Shown here one piece after another: positions 63,414 through 64,000 of a DNA stretch of 64,000 nt (position 1 is its first letter; every line of letters starts with the position of its first letter). A model generated the notes under the pieces. The model made no database searches, was not told where the DNA came from, and saw only the letters and a list, made by a program, of their open reading frames with translations. Location of the stretch: assembly GCF_963514075.1 (NCBI RefSeq), contig NC_083761.1, positions 49,925,777 to 49,989,776 on the forward strand, written 5' to 3'. Origin of the DNA: Conger conger. Lineage: Eukaryota. The translations under genes and the position numbers were made by a program.

Positions 63414-64000
63414 CTGGGGACGGAGCGGAGCTCTCAGACTGCACGCGAGGCAGGGCCTTCTCCCCCTGTCCCAGCCACATCCCCTACCAGCAGCCTGGCT
63501 CTTCCCAGCGGGGCGGCAGGTAGCCCCGGGGTTAAGGTGCGTGACTGGGGCCTGGAACCTCACTGAAAGTGTTGCCTTCTTCCGACTACCTCGTTTTTGG
63601 TTTATCGCTGCTAAGTGTGTAAGTGCGTACGTAGATGTAGTTTGGAAACCGGGTTAACTTGAAGGTTCCAGAAGGTGACTTGTAATTAGAATGGTAGGAG
63701 TAAAATTTTTCAGTACGGGAACCGAGACAGTCAATGAGTCTTTGTTTCAAATGTGTCACACAGGGGCACCAACTGTCATAAAGTCCAGGCAAGATTAATC
63801 TTTTCTGGAACATATATATGTACCATACAGTAAGAACATTAACTGACACCTATGTAAAAGGAAGCTTACAAAGAGAAGGTTTGTGGCATTTATACCATCA
63901 ATTCTGTTACACAAAAACCCTTAATTTCTCCCAGTGTCCAAGCACTCTTTCCACCTAATTTGTGGAAAGCACCGACAGTGAACAGCACTCCGTATGACGG

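Overview
This window is vertebrate nuclear DNA, almost certainly from a teleost fish, not a prokaryotic locus. It has spliced multi-exon genes with GT-AG introns and CpG-rich 5' regions. The introns are packed with Tc1/mariner DNA transposons, tRNA-derived SINEs, LINE reverse-transcriptase fragments and microsatellites. There are no CRISPR arrays, operons or defence-system-like gene clusters. Three host genes can be reconstructed by eye from conserved peptides and splice sites, all on the minus strand. MAZ (Myc-associated zinc finger) has its coding sequence at ~25434-35257 in 7 coding exons. CDIPT (phosphatidylinositol synthase) has its CDS at 38297-43822 in 6 exons, 213 codons. The coiled-coil/C-terminal half of TAOK2 (TAO kinase 2) lies at 47169-63413, with the kinase-domain exons beyond the 3' edge of the window. 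Both the short (beta) terminal exon and the long read-through (alpha-type) terminal exon of TAOK2 are present. This MAZ-CDIPT-TAOK2 order is a compacted version of the human 16p11.2 block. Other content, all with its own feature or finding below: two families of non-autonomous Tc1 derivatives with recognisable terminal inverted repeats; a larger Tc1 element interrupted by an L2-clade LINE 3' fragment; a long-TIR Tc1 in CDIPT intron 5 carrying a SINE with a target-site duplication; an L1-like RT fragment; three SINE families; a composite palindromic repeat (13.5-16.3 kb) carrying a TATA box, ATG and splice donor; a near-perfect 206-bp palindrome inside a TAOK2 intron; a GCAG/31-bp minisatellite in another TAOK2 intron. 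Splice-junction coordinates are inferred by eye from reading frame and GT/AG consensus and may be off by a few bp. No expression evidence is available.
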